From Octopus sinensis (lineage: Eukaryota), in assembly GCF_006345805.1 (NCBI RefSeq), contig NC_043026.1, positions 9,796,001-9,860,000 on the forward strand: DNA of 64,000 nucleotides, given 5' to 3'. Positions 45,749-58,905 of this stretch are shown here, one piece after another (position 1 is the first letter of the stretch; each line of letters opens with the position of its first letter). Below the pieces are notes generated by a model, which did not search any database, had not been told where the DNA came from, and saw nothing but the letters and a program-made list of their open reading frames with translations. Made by a program: the position numbers and the translations under genes.

Positions 45749-46610
45749 ATTTGTGCGAGGATTTGGCTGCTATTTCTAGCTGTAGAAGAGAGCCGTCTAT
45801 GATTTGTGCGAGGTTTGGCTGCCATTTCTAGCTGTAGGAGAGAGCCGTCTATGATTTGTGCGAGGTTTGGCTGCCATTTCTAGCTGTAGGAGAGAGCCGT
45901 CTATGATTTGTGCGAGGTTTGGCTGCCATTTCTAGCTGTAGGAGAGCCGTCTATGATTTGTGCGAGTTTGGCTGCCATTTCTAGCTGTAGGAGAGCCGTC
46001 TATGATTTGTGCGAGGTTTGGCTGCCATTTCTAGCTGTAGGAGAGAGCCGTCTATGATTTGTGCGAGGTTTGGCTGCCATTTCTAGCTGTAGGAGAGAGC
46101 CGTCTATGATTTGTGCGAGGTTTGGCTGCCATTTCTAGCTGTAGGAGAGAGCCGTCTATGATTTGTGCGAGGTTTGGCTGCCATTTCTAGCTGTAGGAGA
46201 GAGCCGTCTATGATTTGTGCGAGGTTTGGCTGCCATTTCTAGCTGTAGGAGAGAGCCGTCTATGATTTGTGCGAGGTTTGGCTGCCATTTCTAGCTGTAG
46301 AGAGAGAGCCGTCTATGATTTGTGCGAGGTTTGGCTGCCATTTCTAGCTGTAGGAGAGAGCCGTCTATGATTTGTGCGAGGTTTGGCTGCCATTTCTAGC
46401 TGTAGGAGAGAGCCGTCTATGATTTGTGCGAGGTTTGGCTGCCATTTCTAGCTGTAGGAGAGAGCCGTCTATGATTTGTGTGAGGTTTGGCTGCCATTTC
46501 TAGCTGTAGGAGAGAGCCGTCTATGATTTGTGTGAGGTTTGGCTGCCATTTCTAGCTGTAGGAGAGAGCCGTCTATGATTTATGTGAGGTTTGGCTGCCA
46601 TTTCTAGCCA
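45749..46610. repeat. 52-bp minisatellite, about 16.5 units, in the ZNF-3 intron
   Basis: tgatttgtgcgaggtttggctgccatttctagctgtaggagagagccgtcta. Confidence 0.95.
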
Positions 46611-46782
46611 TGGAAGCTACCTTCTACACCCTCCATCGTTATCACTTTAGATTGTTGTTTTAGTTTGAGAAATATTCTGAAATGTCCAGAAATCGATACG
46701 TTTTATTGAAATCACATGGATGGAAATCAATGTCGTTAGTTTTTTATTTCATTATTCAGTTGACATTTTGTTATTCATCAAT

Positions 46783-47176
46783 ACTCTTTACTCTTTTACT
46801 CTTTTACTTGTTTCAGTCATTTGACTGCGGCCATGCTGGAGCACCGTCTTTAATCGAGCAACTCGACCCCGGGACTTATTCTTTTGTAAGCCCAGTACTT
46901 ATTCTATCGGTCTCTTTTGCCGAACCGCTAAGTAATGGGAACATAAACACACCAGCATCGGTTGTCAAGCAATGCTAGGGGGACAAACACAGACACACAA
47001 ACACACACACGCATATGTATATATATACATATATACGACGGGCTTCTTTCAGTTTCCGTCTACCAAATCCACTCACAAGGCTTTGGTCGGCCCGAGGCTA
47101 CAGTAGAAGACACTTGCCCAAGGTGCCATGCAGTGGGACTGAACCCAGAACCAACCATGTGGTTGGTAAGCAAGCT
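46783..47176 (-). mobile_element. SINE family A
   Basis: Family match. Confidence 0.88.
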
Positions 47177-47346
47177 ACTTACCACACAGCCACTCCTGTT
47201 TATTTTTGCTTGATTTGTCATAAAAATTCTAGGCCCTGCGAGTATCCATGTGATCATATCACTTACTAGAAACAGTAGCAGATTTCCTTTAAATTTCACC
47301 CTCCAGTCATGAATATTGAAGGCTATACTGGATAATAAAGTCATAC

Positions 47347-47769
47347 GGCAATCTTTCGTCTCTAGTAGACCTTTCCGTCGATTTCCGTTAAAAAAATTTT
47401 TTTTTTCTACATATGGGCTTGCGGGAACTTTTGAAGTAATGAGAGCGAAAGAGACTAAGAGAAAACGATTGTATGACGAGGGAAGTTCTTTTGAAGTTGC
47501 TGTGTATGTGAAGCATTGATGTACATGTGTGTGTGTGTGTTTGATGGGGTGTGGGGGACAGACAGTATGTTGTGTAAGTGAAGTGCTTCTGTTAGTATGT
47601 GTGAAGAGACAGAGTAATGTGTGAAAGAGAGAGATAACTGAAATTTTTTACTCGGTGTATGTGTATATGTATGTATATTACTTCAAAAGTTCCAGCAAGC
47701 CCGTATGTAAAAAAAAAAAAAAATTTTACGGAAATCGACGGAAAGGTCTACTAGAGACGAAAGATCGCC
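47347..47769. mobile_element. MITE with GGC termini, 8-bp TSD
   Basis: agtcatac / tgtcatac flanks (7 of 8 match). Confidence 0.88.
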
Positions 47770-48509
47770 TGTCATACATATATAATGCTTAAGAAAAAGA
47801 CAGGATGTTCATGGATGGAGTGTCTTTCATCATATGTCAGTCAGAGCTGACCTGGACTGGACAAAGACTAATGTTAGTGTCCACAGTTCGATAGTTTTAT
47901 TTTAAAACTGTTACACAATGTGAGGGTGTCGATGTAGTTTACAAATATGTCAGCTTCACACAAGATTCTGTGATAGTTAAGTTCATCTTCATCTTTTAAT
48001 GTCCATTGTCCATGCTGGCGTGGGTTGGATGGTTTGACTAGAGCTCGGAAACTGGGGAGCCACAGCAGGCTCCGGTCAGTTTTGCGAAAGTTTCTACAGC
48101 TGGAGCCTTTCCTGGTGCCAACCTCTTCATAGAGTGTGTAGGGTGCTTTCATGTCGCACCACACAATCATTTTAACGTGGTGCCACTTTTACATAGCACT
48201 GCACTACCACTTTTATGAGGAACAGCCACGGGTGCTTTTCACCAGCAGGGGGATGAGTCCTAACGCTTCTGCTGCAGAGTGCGGATCTTCTAGAGTGCAG
48301 CAAGGTGCCAGGCGTCTCGGTCTTTGTCGTATCACCTGGAAAGTTCAGCATCCTAAGTTCGTTTACCAGCACTTCATACCATGTCTTCTAGGATGTCCTA
48401 CTTTCACATGTCCCATCTACTTTGAGAGATTGACACTTCTTTATGGAGCTGTTGACATACAGCTCAGTTCTTAGGTTAAATGTTTAATTCTACAGTTTAT
48501 CTCAATAGA

Positions 48510-49018
48510 AATGAATCTGTATGTTTTAAGTAGCCTCTACATCTTACACTGTTGTTTCTCTATAATTTCAGAACATCAGATGACATTGACATAACAGAAG
48601 AAACATCCTCAATATCTACCATGTTTTAACCCTTTAGTGTTTAAACCGGCCAAATCCGGCCCAATATATTCTACATGTTTTATATTCAAATAGGCGATAT
48701 CTAGCTTCTCACACCTACCCTACAATGCCATTCTAAAAAAAAACAATCACATCATTGAAACCTCAAAGATATAAGATAATGCATGATTAATTCAAAACAA
48801 TTTGAGTGAAAAAGTATTACATTTAACAGAGTATTCTGAACACTAAAGGGTTAAAGACTAAAAGTAAATATTATACAAGACAGATGTATAGCATTGTTTC
48901 TACAAATCTGTGGAAGAGTTCGTGTGAAAAATTTGCTAGACAAAGGCAGCAGTGGAAGTAATTAAGTATAAAAACAAAAGCAAGAAAAATATATCAACTG
49001 TGATTTGAGAGGAAAATA
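48510..49018 (+). promoter_or_regulatory. ZNF-3 conserved acceptor (AG 48570-48571) and 5'UTR
   Basis: tgaatctg...atcttacactgttgtttctctataatttcAG|aacatcagatgacattg. Confidence 0.7.
48630..48850. mobile_element. piggyBac-like MITE inside the predicted ZNF-3 5'UTR
   Basis: TTAA|CCCTTTAGTG...CACTAAAGGG|TTAA. Confidence 0.92.
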
Positions 49019-50515
49019 ATGGAAAAGAGTGAGAAAATTATAGACCTGACTTCCCCTGAACACATGATAAAAGAGAGGAGATCGTATGACTGTGATATCT
49101 GTACAAAGTCCTTCCTTCGCAAAAGTGGCCTAATTGTGCACAAACGTATTCATGCAGGGGAGAAATCATATCATTGTGATATCTGTGGTAAATCGTTCTC
49201 TAGTAGTAATTTAACTGCACACAAACGTACCCATACAGAAAAGAAACTACATCATTGTGATATTTGTAGTAAATCATTCTCTAACAGTAGTCACTTAACT
49301 GCACATAAACGTGTTCATACAGGAGAGAAGCCATATCATTGTGATATTTGTGGTAAATCATTCTCTATAAGTAGTCATGTTACTGCTCACAAACGTACTC
49401 ATACAGGGGAGAAACCATATCACTGTGATGTCTGTGGTAAATCATTCTCTGGAAACACTGCCCTAACAAAACACAATCGTATTCATACAGGAGAGAGACC
49501 ATTTCACTGTGATGTCTGTGATAAATCATTCTCTCAAAGTATTCACTTAACTACACATAAACGTATTCACACAGGGGAGAAACCGTATCATTGTGATATT
49601 TGTGGTAAATCATTCATTGCAAATAATTACTTAACTAGGCACCAACGTATTCACACAGGAGAGAAACCATATGACTGTGATATCTGTGGTAAATCATTCT
49701 CTTATAGTTCTGGCTTAACTAAACACAAAAGTATTCATACAGGGGAGAAGCTATATCACTGTGATGTCTGTGGTAGATCATTCTCTCAAAGATCTCACTT
49801 AACTAGACACAAACATATTCACACGGGAGAGAAGCCATATCATTGTGATATCTGTGGAAAATCATTCACTGAAAATAGTTACTTAGTTATACACAAACGT
49901 GTTCATACTGGAGAGAGACCATATCACTGTGATATCTGTGGTAAATCTTTCTCTGAAAATTCTGCCTTAACTAATCACAAACGTATTCATACGGGAGAAG
50001 AACCTTATCATTGTGATATCTGTGGGAAATCATTCTCTCGAAGTAGTAACATAGCTAGACACAAACGTATTCATACAGGAGACAGGCCATATGAATGTGA
50101 TTACTGTGGTAGATCATTCAATGAAAATCGTGATTTAACTAGACACAAACATATTCATTCGAGAGAGAACTCATATAACTGTGATGTCTGTGGTAAATCA
50201 TTCTGTAACCGTAATGCCTTGACTTCACACAAGCGTGCTCATGCAAAGGAAATGCCATATCCCTGTGATATCTGTAGTAAATCATTTTTTGAAAGGGGTC
50301 ACTTAATTGCACACAAGCGTGTTCATACAGGAGAGAAGCCAAATTGTGATATCTGTGGTAAATCATTGACTCATAATTATCAGTTAAGTAGACACAGACG
50401 TATTCATACAGGAGAGAAACCATATCACTGTGATGTCTGTGGTAAATCATTCTCTCAAAATAGTGACTTAATGAAACACAAATATATTCATACAGAAGAG
50501 AAAGGAGAAGGATAG
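49019..50515 (+). CDS. C2H2 zinc-finger protein (ZNF-3), 498 aa, 17 fingers
   Basis: Tandem C2H2 fingers with TGEKP linkers; shared N-terminal peptide. Confidence 0.95.
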   Translation: MEKSEKIIDLTSPEHMIKERRSYDCDICTKSFLRKSGLIVHKRIHAGEKSYHCDICGKSFSSSNLTAHKRTHTEKKLHHCDICSKSFSNSSHLTAHKRVHTGEKPYHCDICGKSFSISSHVTAHKRTHTGEKPYHCDVCGKSFSGNTALTKHNRIHTGERPFHCDVCDKSFSQSIHLTTHKRIHTGEKPYHCDICGKSFIANNYLTRHQRIHTGEKPYDCDICGKSFSYSSGLTKHKSIHTGEKLYHCDVCGRSFSQRSHLTRHKHIHTGEKPYHCDICGKSFTENSYLVIHKRVHTGERPYHCDICGKSFSENSALTNHKRIHTGEEPYHCDICGKSFSRSSNIARHKRIHTGDRPYECDYCGRSFNENRDLTRHKHIHSRENSYNCDVCGKSFCNRNALTSHKRAHAKEMPYPCDICSKSFFERGHLIAHKRVHTGEKPNCDICGKSLTHNYQLSRHRRIHTGEKPYHCDVCGKSFSQNSDLMKHKYIHTEEKGEG

Positions 50516-50540
50516 TTTCTGTAGTTTGTTGTTTGCTATA

Positions 50541-51404
50541 CAAGGTATCGAAAAGTAACTAAACACATTCTGTAGGACAAGCTCATTGTAGTTCAGGCTT
50601 CGGCCACTAGAAGCCACTTCGTGCGACCCTCAGGCACCAGCCTACCAACTGGCATCATCTGGTCATGTCATATTGCTGCATGCTGCGTCCTTTGTCGTGC
50701 TTCTCCCCATGAATCGAATTTTGCAATGGCTGAAATGAAGGAACAGTATGCTTCCATGAAATTCTGTTTTCTGCTGGAGAGAACAGTGGCCAAAACATGT
50801 CATGCTGCAAAGAGGTTACAAGGAAGCTGCCATGAGCAAAACACAAGTTTATGAATGGTTTTCACGCTTTAGGAATGGTCACTTGTCACTTGAAGACCAG
50901 CCTCGTTCAGGGTAACTGTCAACCTCCTGAACAAATGAAAATTCATGGACTAAACTTGGAGGATCGTCACCGAACAATTGACGAGCTTGTTGATCTAACT
51001 GGTGTATCCTGGAGCTCCTGCCAAAGAATTTTGAGTGAGGAATTGCGAATGAAAAGAGTTGCAGCAAAATTTGTGCCTCGCTTGCTCACGGAAGATCAAA
51101 AGCAGTCACGACTGAATGCATGTCATGGACTGTCAGAACAGCTGGAAGTCAGGTTAGGCCTTTTTCCAAAGGTCATCACTGGTGACGAAAGCTGGTGCTA
51201 CGAATGTGGGGTGAGGAAAAAACAATGGAGGCATTAAAAAGTATCACTTTACAAGAATTCCTGCTCTGCTTCATTTAGTGGAAAAAGTGCCTGGACGAAT
51301 GCATTGCTTCTAATGAAGAATACTTTGAAGGCAATGAAAGTGTAAACATGTAACGCTAATTGAATAAAATTACAAAATTCTGGTTTCTTTTGAGTACTTC
51401 ATCT
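50541..51404 (+). mobile_element. Internally deleted mariner element
   Basis: EQYASMKFCFLL...VYEWFSRF...RILSEELRMKRVAAKFVPRLLTEDQK...VITGDESWCY, jumps to C-terminal CIASNEEYFEG; degenerate TIRs. Confidence 0.88.
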
Positions 51405-51639
51405 TATATTTTTAATTTCTTTGTGCTTTTTTCAATGGAAATCATAACTCTAAAATATTTCCCAAAATTTAAGAATTTTTTATTTTGTTTTTTTTTTTGC
51501 AATTTTCACCTCCCCCTCCTTCCATGACCCTCATGCATTTCCTTTCCATGTGTTGTAGGACCTCTGCACCAAAACTCTTCCTCCTCCTGACAAGCTTACT
51601 CATGATTTGTTATTAAATATTAATATAATTTGTTTTGAA

Positions 51640-52187
51640 GGCGGTGAGCTGGCAGAAACGTTAGCACGTCGGGCGAAATGCGTAGCCGTATTTCGTCTGT
51701 CGTTACGTTCTGAGTTCGAATTCCGCCGAGGTCGACTTTGCCTTTCATCCTTTCGGGGTCGATAAATTAAGTACCAGTTACACACTGGGGTCGATATAAT
51801 CGACTTAATCCGTTTGTATGTCCTTGTTTGTCCCTTCTGTGTTTAGCCCCTTGTGGGTAGTAAAGAAATAGGTATTGTAGAGATTGTTATTGTGTTTTCC
51901 CCTTGTGGGTAGTAAAGAAAAAGGTTACTCCTGATTTGTTATTAAATATTAATATAATTTGTTTTGAAGGCGGTGAGCTGGCAGAAACGTTAGCACGTCG
52001 GGCGAAATGCGTAGCCGTATTTCGTCTGTCGTTACGTTCCGAGTTCAAATCCCGCCGAGGTCGACTTTGCCTTTCATCTTCTCGGGGTCGATAAATTAAG
52101 TACCAGTTACGCACTGGGGTCGATATAATCGACTTAAAATCCCTTTGTCTGTCCTTGTTTAGCCCCTCGTGGGTAGTAAAGAAATAA
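51640..52187 (+). mobile_element. Two SINE family B copies (tandem duplication including 5' flank)
   Basis: About 18-bp direct repeat aatataatttgttttgaa flanks the second copy (TSD-like). Confidence 0.85.
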
Positions 52188-52371
52188 ATATAATTTGTTT
52201 TGAAAAATAACTCAACACTTAGATCTGCTCCCTCTCTGTCTGTCTGTCTGTCTCTCTCTGCTAATTATTAACACTATCATTCTCCCTCCTTTTCTCTTTA
52301 TATGTACAGGCTGACCCAGAAGTCACTGATGGGTTTCAATTTTTAATAACTCCCTTAACTTTTCAAATAAA

Positions 52372-52770
52372 CTCTCTTTACTCTTTACTCTTTACTTGTT
52401 TCAGTCATTTGACTGCGGCCATGCTGGAGCACCGCCTTTAGTCGAGCAAATCGACCCCGGGACTTATTCTTTGTAAGCCCAGTACTTATTCTATCGGTCT
52501 CTTTTGCCGAACCGCTAAGTGACGGGATCGTAAACACACCAGCATCGGTTGTCAAGCAATGCTAGGGGGACAAACACAGACACACACACATATATATATA
52601 TATACATATATACGACAGGCTTCTTTCAGTTTCCGTCTACCAAATCCACTCACAAGGCATTGGTCGGCCCGGGGCTATAGCAGAAGACACTTACCCAAGA
52701 TGCCACGCAGTGGGACTGAACCCGCAACCATGTGGTTGGTTAGCAAGCTACTTACCACACAGCCACTCCT
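52372..52770 (-). mobile_element. SINE family A
   Basis: Family match. Confidence 0.88.
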
Positions 52771-53315
52771 GCGCATGAAATTTTCATACAATATAAAGGA
52801 CATCGCCCCCAGTGTTTCACTGGTTCTTAATTTATCAACTTCAGCAGAATTTGAACTCGGATCATAGCAATAGGCAAAATACTGCTAAGCATTTCGCCCG
52901 GGTTGCTAACGATTCAGCCAGTTTGCCACCTTAATGATAATAAGAAGAATGGCTTCAAATTTTGTCGCAAGAACAGGATCAGGGACGAGTCGATTGCATC
53001 AACCCCAGTGTTCGGCTGCTACTTATTTTATTGACCCTGAAAGGACGAAAGACAAAGTTGACCTCATTGGAATTTGAACTTAGAACGGAGCAATGCGCAA
53101 AATACTGCTATGGGTGTGTGTGACGTTTTGAGCATGGCTCTTTGTCAGGAAGGCACATGTGTGGTTACATAAATTTAGTTTCAGAGTTCAAATCCTGATC
53201 AGTACGAAGTATACACATTCAGGAATAAGTGATCTATTGATTAATTTGTAATTAAATTGATTAAACTGCATGGAAAAAAAAATGTAAAAATTGAAACTTT
53301 TTTTTTTGTCTTTAA

Positions 53316-53534
53316 CCCTTTAGTGTTTAAACTGGCCATATCTGTCCCAGATATTCTACATGTTTTATATTCAAACTGGCAATATCTGGCCTCTCACACC
53401 TACCCGACAATGTCATTCTAAATATAAATAATCACATCATTGAAACCTCAAAGCTATAAGATAATGCATGATTAATTCAAAACATTTCAGTGGAAAAGTA
53501 TTACATTTAACAGAGTAATCTGAACACTAAAGGG
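53316..53534. mobile_element. piggyBac-like MITE
   Basis: TTAA|CCCTTTAGTG...CACTAAAGGG|TTAA. Confidence 0.92.
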
Positions 53535-53803
53535 TTAAAGATGAAATTAATTGTTTGGAAATTGTGTTAAGGTAATTAAATACCTGTGAGTATATGTTTA
53601 TATCTAGTCATTAGTGTGTGTGTGTGTGAATATCTGTTCTTATCTATATGTGTGTGTGTGTGTGTGTGTGCATGCTGGTGTGTGTCTGTGTATATATGTG
53701 TTTGTCTACGTATGTGTATATCTACATGTGCTTTATATGTTGTGTGTTTGTGTGTGTGTATTGCCAATGCTGTTTCAATACAATCCAGCCATGTCTCACA
53801 CCA

Positions 53804-53923
53804 TTAAAGTTTAGCACCATACCGTGGTGCCACACCAGCTCCTCTGATCATAGCCACAACATCTTTTGCACAACCGACGAAAGTTGTCAGACCACAGCCA
53901 CCATGACCATAGTTGTTAATGAC
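53804..53923 (-). CDS. DAO/DDO: D-amino-acid/D-aspartate oxidase family gene, last coding exon
   Basis: ttctctccatttAG|VINNYGHGGCGLTTFVGCAKDVVAMIRGAGVAPRYGAKL*; NYGHGG FAD-site motif and C-terminal PTS1-type AKL. Confidence 0.93.
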   Translation of the reverse strand, partial: VINNYGHGGCGLTTFVGCAKDVVAMIRGAGVAPRYGAKL

Positions 53924-53952
53924 CTAAATGGAGAGAAAAGAACAACATGTAT

Positions 53953-54748
53953 ATACATATATATAAAAGTGAAGTTGTGTGAGTGTCTGTCTCCTACGAT
54001 TTAGATTCCTAACTACTCCCACATTTTGCGGTGCAGTTTAACCAAAACCGAGTATCTTATAGTCGTGATTCATATCGAGCCCTTCTGGGTATTAGCGCGC
54101 GTCTACAATGAGTCTACGATTTAAAAAAAAATTTACCATCATTTTTTTCCATTTTAATGCATTTTTTCGCTTTTATATAAGGGAAGTAACTCTCTAAAAA
54201 TGTCTACGATGAGTCAACGATTTAAAAAAAAATTTACTATCATTTTTTTCCATTTTAATGCATTTTTTCGCTATTATATAAGGGAAGTAACTCTCTAAAA
54301 ATGTCTACGATGAGTCTACGATTTAAAAAAAAATTTACCATCATTTTTTTCCATTTTAATGCATTTTTTCGCTATTATATAAGGGAAGTAACTCTCTAAA
54401 AATGACTACGATGAGTCTACAATTTAAAAAAAAATTTACCATCATTTTTTTCCATTTTAATGCATTTTTTCGCTATTATATAGGGAAGTAACTCTCTAAA
54501 AATGACTACGATTTAAAAAAAAATTTACCATCATTTTTTTCCATTTTAATGCATTTTTTCGCTATTATATAAGGGAAGTAACTCTCTAAAAATGTCTACG
54601 ATGAGTCAACGATTTAAAAAAAATTTACCATCATTTTTTTTTTTCCATTTTAATGCATTTTTTTGCTATTTTTTGGCTATAACTCTCTAAAAATGCTTAT
54701 ATAGTTATTTCCCTTACAAACCCGAGCAACGCCGGGCGATACTGCTAG
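53953..54748 (+). mobile_element. Non-autonomous Helitron-like element with 6 internal ~100-bp tandem units
   Basis: Hairpin-CTAG|T end at 54748; lies about 30 bp from the last DAO acceptor. Confidence 0.88.
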
Positions 54749-55019
54749 TATGTATATAAATAATGCTTTCTACTATAGAAACAAGGCCTTAAATTTGGAG
54801 AGAGGGCTTAGTTGATTATATCGACTCCAGTGCTTGATCAGTACTTATTTTATTGATCCAGAAAGGATGAAATGCAAAGTGGACCTCAGCAGAACTTGAA
54901 TTTAGAACATAAAGATGGACGAAATATTGCTAAACATTTCGCCCGGCGTGCTAACGATTCTGTCAGCTCACAGCCTTAACGACATGTATAATAACAACAA
55001 TATATAATGTATAATAACA

Positions 55020-55915
55020 ACTACACTCACGGAGTGGTTGGCATTAGGAAGGGCATCCAGCTGTAGAAACACTGCCAGATAAGACTGGAGCCTGGTGCAG
55101 CCTTCTGGCTTCCCAGATCCCCGGTCGAACCGTCCAACCCATGCTAGCATGGAGAACGGACGTTAAACGATGATGATGATGATGATGATGATATGTACTT
55201 CAGCTATGTAACCACACGTGGGCCTTTTTTGGGGACTACTGTTTCTTACCAAACCTTTCCTCTTTCCTCTTCTTGACAAAGAGCCATGCTCAAAACGTCA
55301 CACACACCCTCTGTTTCCATCTTAAACTGGGAGTCAACCTTTTACATTCACTGAGTATTTTGAATAAACTCAAAATAGCCTTATATGTTAATTGGTGTGT
55401 CATCATCATCATCATCATCATCGTTTAACGTCCGTTCTCCATGCTAGCATGGGCTGGACGGTTCGACCGGGGATCTGGGAAGCCAGGAGGCTGCACCAGG
55501 CTCCGGTCTTATCTGGCAAAGTTTCTACAGCTGGATGCCCTTCCTAACACCAACCACTCTGAGAGTGTAGTGGGTGCTTTTTACGTGCCACCTACACTGG
55601 TGCCAGGCGAGGCTGAAGAGCAATTATATTTTCATGCTTTGAAATTCATCATCATCATCATCGTTTAGCATCCGCTTTCCATGCTAGCATGGGTTGGACG
55701 GTTCAACTGGGGTCTGGGAAGCCAGAAGGCTGCACCAGGCCCAGTCTGATCTGGCAGTGTTTCTACAGCTGGATGCCCTTCCTAGCGCCAACCATTCCGT
55801 GAGTGTAGTGGGTGCCTTTTACGTGCCACCGGCACAGGTGTCAGACGGGGCTGGCAAACGGCCACAGTCGGATGGTGCTTTTTACACGGGGGGCCAGGCG
55901 AGGCTGGCAACGGCC
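55020..55915. mobile_element. Cluster of three family C retroposon copies (55020-55192 +, 55399-55615 -, 55646-55915 -)
   Basis: Family match, (ATG)n tails. Confidence 0.8.
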
Positions 55916-56016
55916 GGTATTTTTTAAACCCACTCGATATGTACAATGGACACAAATGGGAACAAAAAGAAATGAAAAGCCATCATTTTGGAAAATGAAG
56001 AGTGGAATTGTATTAC

Positions 56017-56054
<38 letters not shown>

Positions 56055-56225
56055 GTAGTAGTAGTAGTAGTAGTGATTTATTGATTTGTTATTGATGGAG
56101 ATGTTCCTAATATAGTCTTCTTTGTGGCTGTCTTCTAGATAAAGCTGGTTATGAAATAGGGATTCAGTGAAGGAATAGAAGTGAGAGTAAAAGAAAGAGG
56201 CAGTAGTAGAGATAGGAGAACTCAC

Positions 56226-56324
56226 CTGTATAGTCCGACCATTAAATGTGACAGTTTCCTGGTCCAGACGGGTTTCTTTCCTAAATGGTCTCAGTCCAAC
56301 TCTTGTCTCCAAAATTTCCACATT
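56226..56324 (-). CDS. DAO/DDO: DAO/DDO-family gene, penultimate exon (99 bp)
   Basis: ctctcAG|NVEILETRVGLRPFRKETRLDQETVTFNGRTIQ|GTGAGT; GLRP motif. Confidence 0.92.
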
Positions 56325-56514
56325 CTGAGAGACAGAAAAAAAAAAGTGATTTACGACAATACAATCTTTGCTATCAAATATTTTTATAGGTTAATAACGA
56401 GTAACAGAATTAGGTGTGGAGAAGATAGATTGTTGACCATTCTAATGCTCTACACTCAAGACTACGATACTCTACCATGGTTCCTGCGGAATCCGCTTTG
56501 TTGCCAAGGTTTAG

Positions 56515-56740
56515 GCAGTGAGCTGGCAGAATCGTTAACACGCCGGGCAAAATAGTTTTATTTCGTCTGCTGTTACATTCTGAGTTCAAATTCCGCCGAG
56601 GTCGACTTTATCTTTCATCCTTCCGAGGTCGATAAATTAAGTACCAGTTACGCACTGGGGTCGATGTAATCGACTTAATCCTTTGTCTGTCCTTGTTTGT
56701 CCCCTCTGTGTTTAGACCCTTTGTGGGCAATAACGAAATA
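56515..56740 (+). mobile_element. SINE family B
   Basis: Family match. Confidence 0.85.
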
Positions 56741-57404
56741 AGGTTTATGTTGAGTCTGGGATAATTGGCTCTCTTCCATCCACCAAACTCAGAGGATAAG
56801 GAACAATCATTGTTTTTTTTTTCCCTCTTTCTCTTCCTGCACATCATCACCCATGTATGAATGCTATGGTCAAATCCCATGTCATGTAACAGAAACTGTC
56901 TCAAGTATTCTGACCAAGCAAATACTATTATCAGACATTTTATGAGCGGAATATTTACTGCAGCCGATCTTTTATACCAAGACAAAACAATGTACATAGT
57001 TTCTTACAAACTACCATTCCTCATCTTTGTATTTTTAAAATGTAGAGTTCACAATGTGAAAGGATTGTCTGCTGTTGGACAATTAATTAGTTTCTGAGTT
57101 AGGGACGAAGAGCTCAATCGGAAGTGTTAGAAATCACTTCTGCTTGTGGCACAAATCTATGGCACACAAATCTATGGCACACAAACCTACTTTTTTTTAA
57201 TCAAAATTTTTTTTTTCACACAGATACATAGTGCTGGTGCCACATGAAAAGCACTCTTCACACTCTGTAAAGTGGTTGGCATTTAGGAATGGTATCTAAC
57301 TGTAGAATCCATGCCAAAGTAGACACTGATAGTATTACACAGAACTCTGGTTCATTGGATCCTTTCAAACCATCCAAACAAAGCTAGCATGGAAAACGGA
57401 CATT

Positions 57405-57566
57405 ATATGATGATGGTGGTGGTGGTGGTGGTGGTGGTGGTGGTGATGGTGATGATGATGATGATGATGCAGATGATGATGATGATGATGATGCTGATGC
57501 TGCTGCTGCTGCTGATGATGATGATTATGATGACGATGGTGATGATGATGATGATGATGACGATGG

Positions 57567-57598
<32 letters not shown>

Positions 57599-57640
57599 GT
57601 GACGATGATGATGGTGATGATGATGATGATGATGATGGTG
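57405..57640. repeat. (ATG/GTG)n trinucleotide tract (expanded family C tail)
   Basis: Follows catggaaaacggacatt. Confidence 0.9.
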
Positions 57641-57734
57641 GCCATTATTAGTTTCCTAGGGTTTCAGTGATTCAAAAGGTTGCGAGTTTTGAATAGATTG
57701 AAGCATGAAAATGGAGAAAAGAGCCTAAATTTAC

Positions 57735-57852
57735 CTTCAAACTTGGCACAACTTGAGCACAGCTGTCCAATATGTGTCTTTGGTCTTCTTCATTCGGAGT
57801 AGTGTCCCAGTTGCCTTCTTGTGACGTTCCTCCCAAAACAACATAGTTCTTC
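57735..57852 (-). CDS. DAO/DDO: DAO/DDO-family exon (118 bp, phase 2 to 0)
   Basis: aaAG|G KNYVVLGGTSQEGNWDTTPNEEDQRHILDSCAQVVPSLK|GTAAAT. Confidence 0.9.
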
Positions 57853-57856
57853 CTTT

Positions 57857-57933
57857 GTATATACATTATATATATATATATATATACATTATATATATAT
57901 ATACATTATATATATATATATACATTATATATA

Positions 57934-57979
<46 letters not shown>

Positions 57980-58013
57980 TATATATATATACATACATAC
58001 ATTATATATATAC

Positions 58014-58097
<84 letters not shown>
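57857..58097. repeat. (TA)n-rich microsatellite abutting the exon acceptor
   Basis: Direct inspection. Confidence 0.95.
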
Positions 58098-58099
<2 letters not shown>

Positions 58100-58383
58100 A
58101 AATGAGAAAATGGAGAAACATACCTAAATCAATCATCAACCATCAGATAATACCCAATCAATACTTTATTGAACCATTACACAACAGCAATGACATTATA
58201 CATAATATATTACAAATATAACTAGACATAGAAATAGAAATAGAAAATACAATTACATTGTAGCTGACAGCTGTTTCAACCGTGAAGACAGGTATGTCCC
58301 ATTTAACCTATTAGCCATATAAAGCAGGTATAAATGGGACATTAACAAGAATGTCTCATGGCCTCTCACGGCCTTTAATGTAA

Positions 58384-58435
<52 letters not shown>

Positions 58436-58905
58436 ACAGCAAAAATTTAAATTCAAATGAATATGGTACTTAATTTAGATGCAACAGAATTTTGTATGGT
58501 GTTATCCATATAAATCCATGGGGTGATTATAATCAAAATAAGCAACAAGAATAACTCCGGTAATATGCATATATATATAACGGGCTTCTTTCAGTTTCCA
58601 TCTACCGAATCCACTCACAAGGCTGTAGAAGACACTTGCCTAAGGTGCCACACAGTAGGACTGAACCAGGAACCATGTGGTTGGTAAGCAAGGTACTTAG
58701 CACACAGCCACTCCCACATCTATGTGTAAATTCTTTAAATTCTTCCAGTAAAAAGGGGTTGTGTTATGACTTAGAAACAAAACTCAATTACTGGAAGTTA
58801 GATGCAACAATAATATTGAGTTATAAGATGCAAATTAGAGAATAGTTATTCTCATGGTGAGAGTCACAACATCCCCTGTGAAAATAGACTTGACCAAATA
58901 GGCGC

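Noticed and set aside
50515-51237. Zinc finger-mariner (SETMAR-like) fusion protein
   Set aside because: ZNF-3 has an in-frame stop at 50513-50515, and the transposase is frameshifted and lacks most of its catalytic domain
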